Positions 48,800 through 50,458 of a stretch of 50,458 bases of DNA are shown here, piece after piece. Origin of the DNA: an uncultured Candidatus Saccharibacteria bacterium (lineage in GTDB: Bacteria; Patescibacteriota; Minisyncoccia; CAIUEV01; JAHKAQ01); NCBI GenBank assembly GCA_964598205.1, contig CAZRBB010000002.1:1-50458 (forward strand), written 5' to 3'. Positions within the stretch are counted from its first letter, which is position 1; the number at the start of each line of letters is the position of its first letter. Position numbers and translations under genes: made by a program. Below the pieces are notes generated by a model. The model had not been told where the DNA came from. It was given only the letters and a program-made list of their open reading frames with translations, and searched no databases.

Positions 48800-49675
48800 A
48801 TGGAAACCTCTCTCGCAATTAATAGGTTCTTAAAGTGGCTAATCATTACCAAGCAATACTCCCCTAAGACCAGGGAGCAGTATGAAAGATATTTGAATCG
48901 TTTTTTAAAATTCTTAGAAAAAAATAAAATTAAAACCGTAGAAGCCGTTTCTGTTGATCTATTAGATGACTATCGTTATTTTTTAAGTCAAAAAGAAATT
49001 AGTCCGGATACTCTAAACTATTACTTAATTGTAATTCGTTCTTTCTTTAGGTACCTAATAAAGAACGATATAAAGACCCTTGATCCAGCTCTGATTGATT
49101 TAGCTAAGAAGAGGGAAAGACAGGTTTCCTTTTTAAGCAAAGAAGATGTTGATTGTTTAATCAAAGCAGCGGCTACCTTTAACCTTAAGACCGCATTGCG
49201 AGACAAAGCTATCCTAGAGACCCTCTACTCTACCGGTTTGCGCGTGAGCGAGCTTACAGCGCTTAACATAAAAGATATTAATCCTAAGAGTCAGGAGTTC
49301 TCTGTGAAGGGCAAAGGAGGCAAAGTGCGAGTGGTTTTCTTAACAGAACAGGCTCATGGAGCCATTAATAACTATCTAGCCTCTAGAAAAGAAAAGGATC
49401 CCGAAAGCCCTCTTTTCCTAAACAATCAAAAGACAAGACTTTCTCGTTACTATACTACTACTCTAATTGCTAGAATTGCTCGCTTTTGTGGAATTAATAA
49501 ATCGGTTTCTGCTCATACCCTGCGCCATTCCTTTGCAACTACCCTGCTTTCTGAGGGCGCTGATATTCGCAGTGTTCAAGAAATGTTAGGACACAAGAGC
49601 ATTAATACTACTCAGGTTTATACTCATGTTACTAATCAAAGACTTAAAGAAATCCACGAAAAGTTCATGAAATAA
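48800..49675 (+). CDS. Xer-family tyrosine recombinase
   Basis: SAM-like N-domain, LYSTGLRVSEL, GKGGK.R, SAHTLRHSFAT, VQEMLGH...TTQVYTHV. Confidence 0.95.
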   Translation: METSLAINRFLKWLIITKQYSPKTREQYERYLNRFLKFLEKNKIKTVEAVSVDLLDDYRYFLSQKEISPDTLNYYLIVIRSFFRYLIKNDIKTLDPALIDLAKKRERQVSFLSKEDVDCLIKAAATFNLKTALRDKAILETLYSTGLRVSELTALNIKDINPKSQEFSVKGKGGKVRVVFLTEQAHGAINNYLASRKEKDPESPLFLNNQKTRLSRYYTTTLIARIARFCGINKSVSAHTLRHSFATTLLSEGADIRSVQEMLGHKSINTTQVYTHVTNQRLKEIHEKFMK

Positions 49676-49714
49676 GGGGAGTGGAGAGCGTTTTTCTCTA
49701 TAAATAAGTAGATT

Positions 49715-50458
49715 CTATAAAGGTAGTTCGGCTATTTTATCAAAGTTTTGATTGCCAAGAACAATAATCTTGTTTCCTCCGGCTAGGTAAAGGTGGCCTT
49801 CAATAAAGACACCGCGCTTAATCCCTGGTTCTTCTATTGTTTTTTGGGGAACAATCCCCTCCTGGGTAATCGAAAAGACATAACCTCCTTTGCTAGTTGG
49901 TAAAAAGAAATTATTTCTTTCGTAATCCATAGAAAAGGCGTGATGATTATTAAGTATTTCTGACCAATTTTCTTCTAGAAGATACTTTTGTTTTTCTACT
50001 GGGAGAGTTGGGTTGGAAACATCAAAAAGAGAGATTTTTAGCTGACTACCTTCTTGGCCAATTCCTAGGACTAAGTTTTCTCCTAATGGATGAAGGTAAG
50101 AAGAATAACCAGGAATTTTTAATTCACCTGTTTTCTTGGGGTTTTTGGGATCGGCAAGGTCTAGAACATAGAAAGGATCGGTTTGACGAAAGGTAACTAA
50201 GAATCCTCTGTTGCCTACAAAACGGGCCGAGTAGATTTTTTCGGTAAGTCCCATTCCAACAAGGCTGCCGACAATGCTTAACTTGGGATCTAAAACATAG
50301 ACATCATTTTCTGATTGTTCACTCCCCCCTTCAAAACCGTTCAGAGTTACGGCGACTCTTAAATTATTTTGGTATTCATCTAAGGAAAATTGATTCAAAA
50401 GCTGTCCAGGAATATAGCCGGTAGCCAACAGTTCTAAGTTATTTATTCCGAATTTAAC
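49715..50458 (-). CDS. C-terminal part of a secreted beta-propeller domain protein (partial)
   Basis: LNQFSLDEY, E.IYSARF, VTFRQTDP.YV.DL, GELKIPGYSSYLHP; frame open to the window edge. Confidence 0.8.
   Translation of the reverse strand, partial: VKFGINNLELLATGYIPGQLLNQFSLDEYQNNLRVAVTLNGFEGGSEQSENDVYVLDPKLSIVGSLVGMGLTEKIYSARFVGNRGFLVTFRQTDPFYVLDLADPKNPKKTGELKIPGYSSYLHPLGENLVLGIGQEGSQLKISLFDVSNPTLPVEKQKYLLEENWSEILNNHHAFSMDYERNNFFLPTSKGGYVFSITQEGIVPQKTIEEPGIKRGVFIEGHLYLAGGNKIIVLGNQNFDKIAELPL

Noticed and set aside
48800..49675. Prophage or genomic-island integrase
   Set aside because: Size and motifs are Xer-like, neighbours are housekeeping genes, and there are no phage genes or tRNA att site.

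Overview
A 50.5-kb AT-rich bacterial chromosomal segment using genetic code 11 (TGA is used as stop). It is most consistent with a Patescibacteria/CPR, Parcubacteria-like genome; this is inferred from the stand-alone reduced 23S rRNA gene, the type IV pilin, the DUF4012-like and Wzz-like genes, the type 2 IleRS and the short RelA/SpoT. Left part: unlinked 23S rRNA with its own promoter and terminator, pilin, lipoprotein, HtrA, an accessory island bracketed by identical 72-bp larC-like repeats, gltX-ileS, recO, envelope genes, parAB, relA-uvrB and an O-antigen ligase. Right part: a complete, contiguous MEP isoprenoid cluster (polyprenyl synthase, ispH, ispD, dxs, dxr, ispF, ispE, a 45-aa microprotein, ispG, uppS), then trxA/trxB, mltG, two gmk-like genes, GT2, galT, tpiA, fba, iscS/iscU, and a single Xer recombinase with a symmetric dif-like site over its own transcription start. 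The intergenic DNA holds a dispersed modular family of long palindromic elements (31-34-bp near-perfect stems with a conserved AGAC-ACGGCTCTTA-GTCT tip and a GC-rich core) and a second AT-rich heptamer-based palindromic repeat family. All calls come from reading motifs by eye; no database searches were run.
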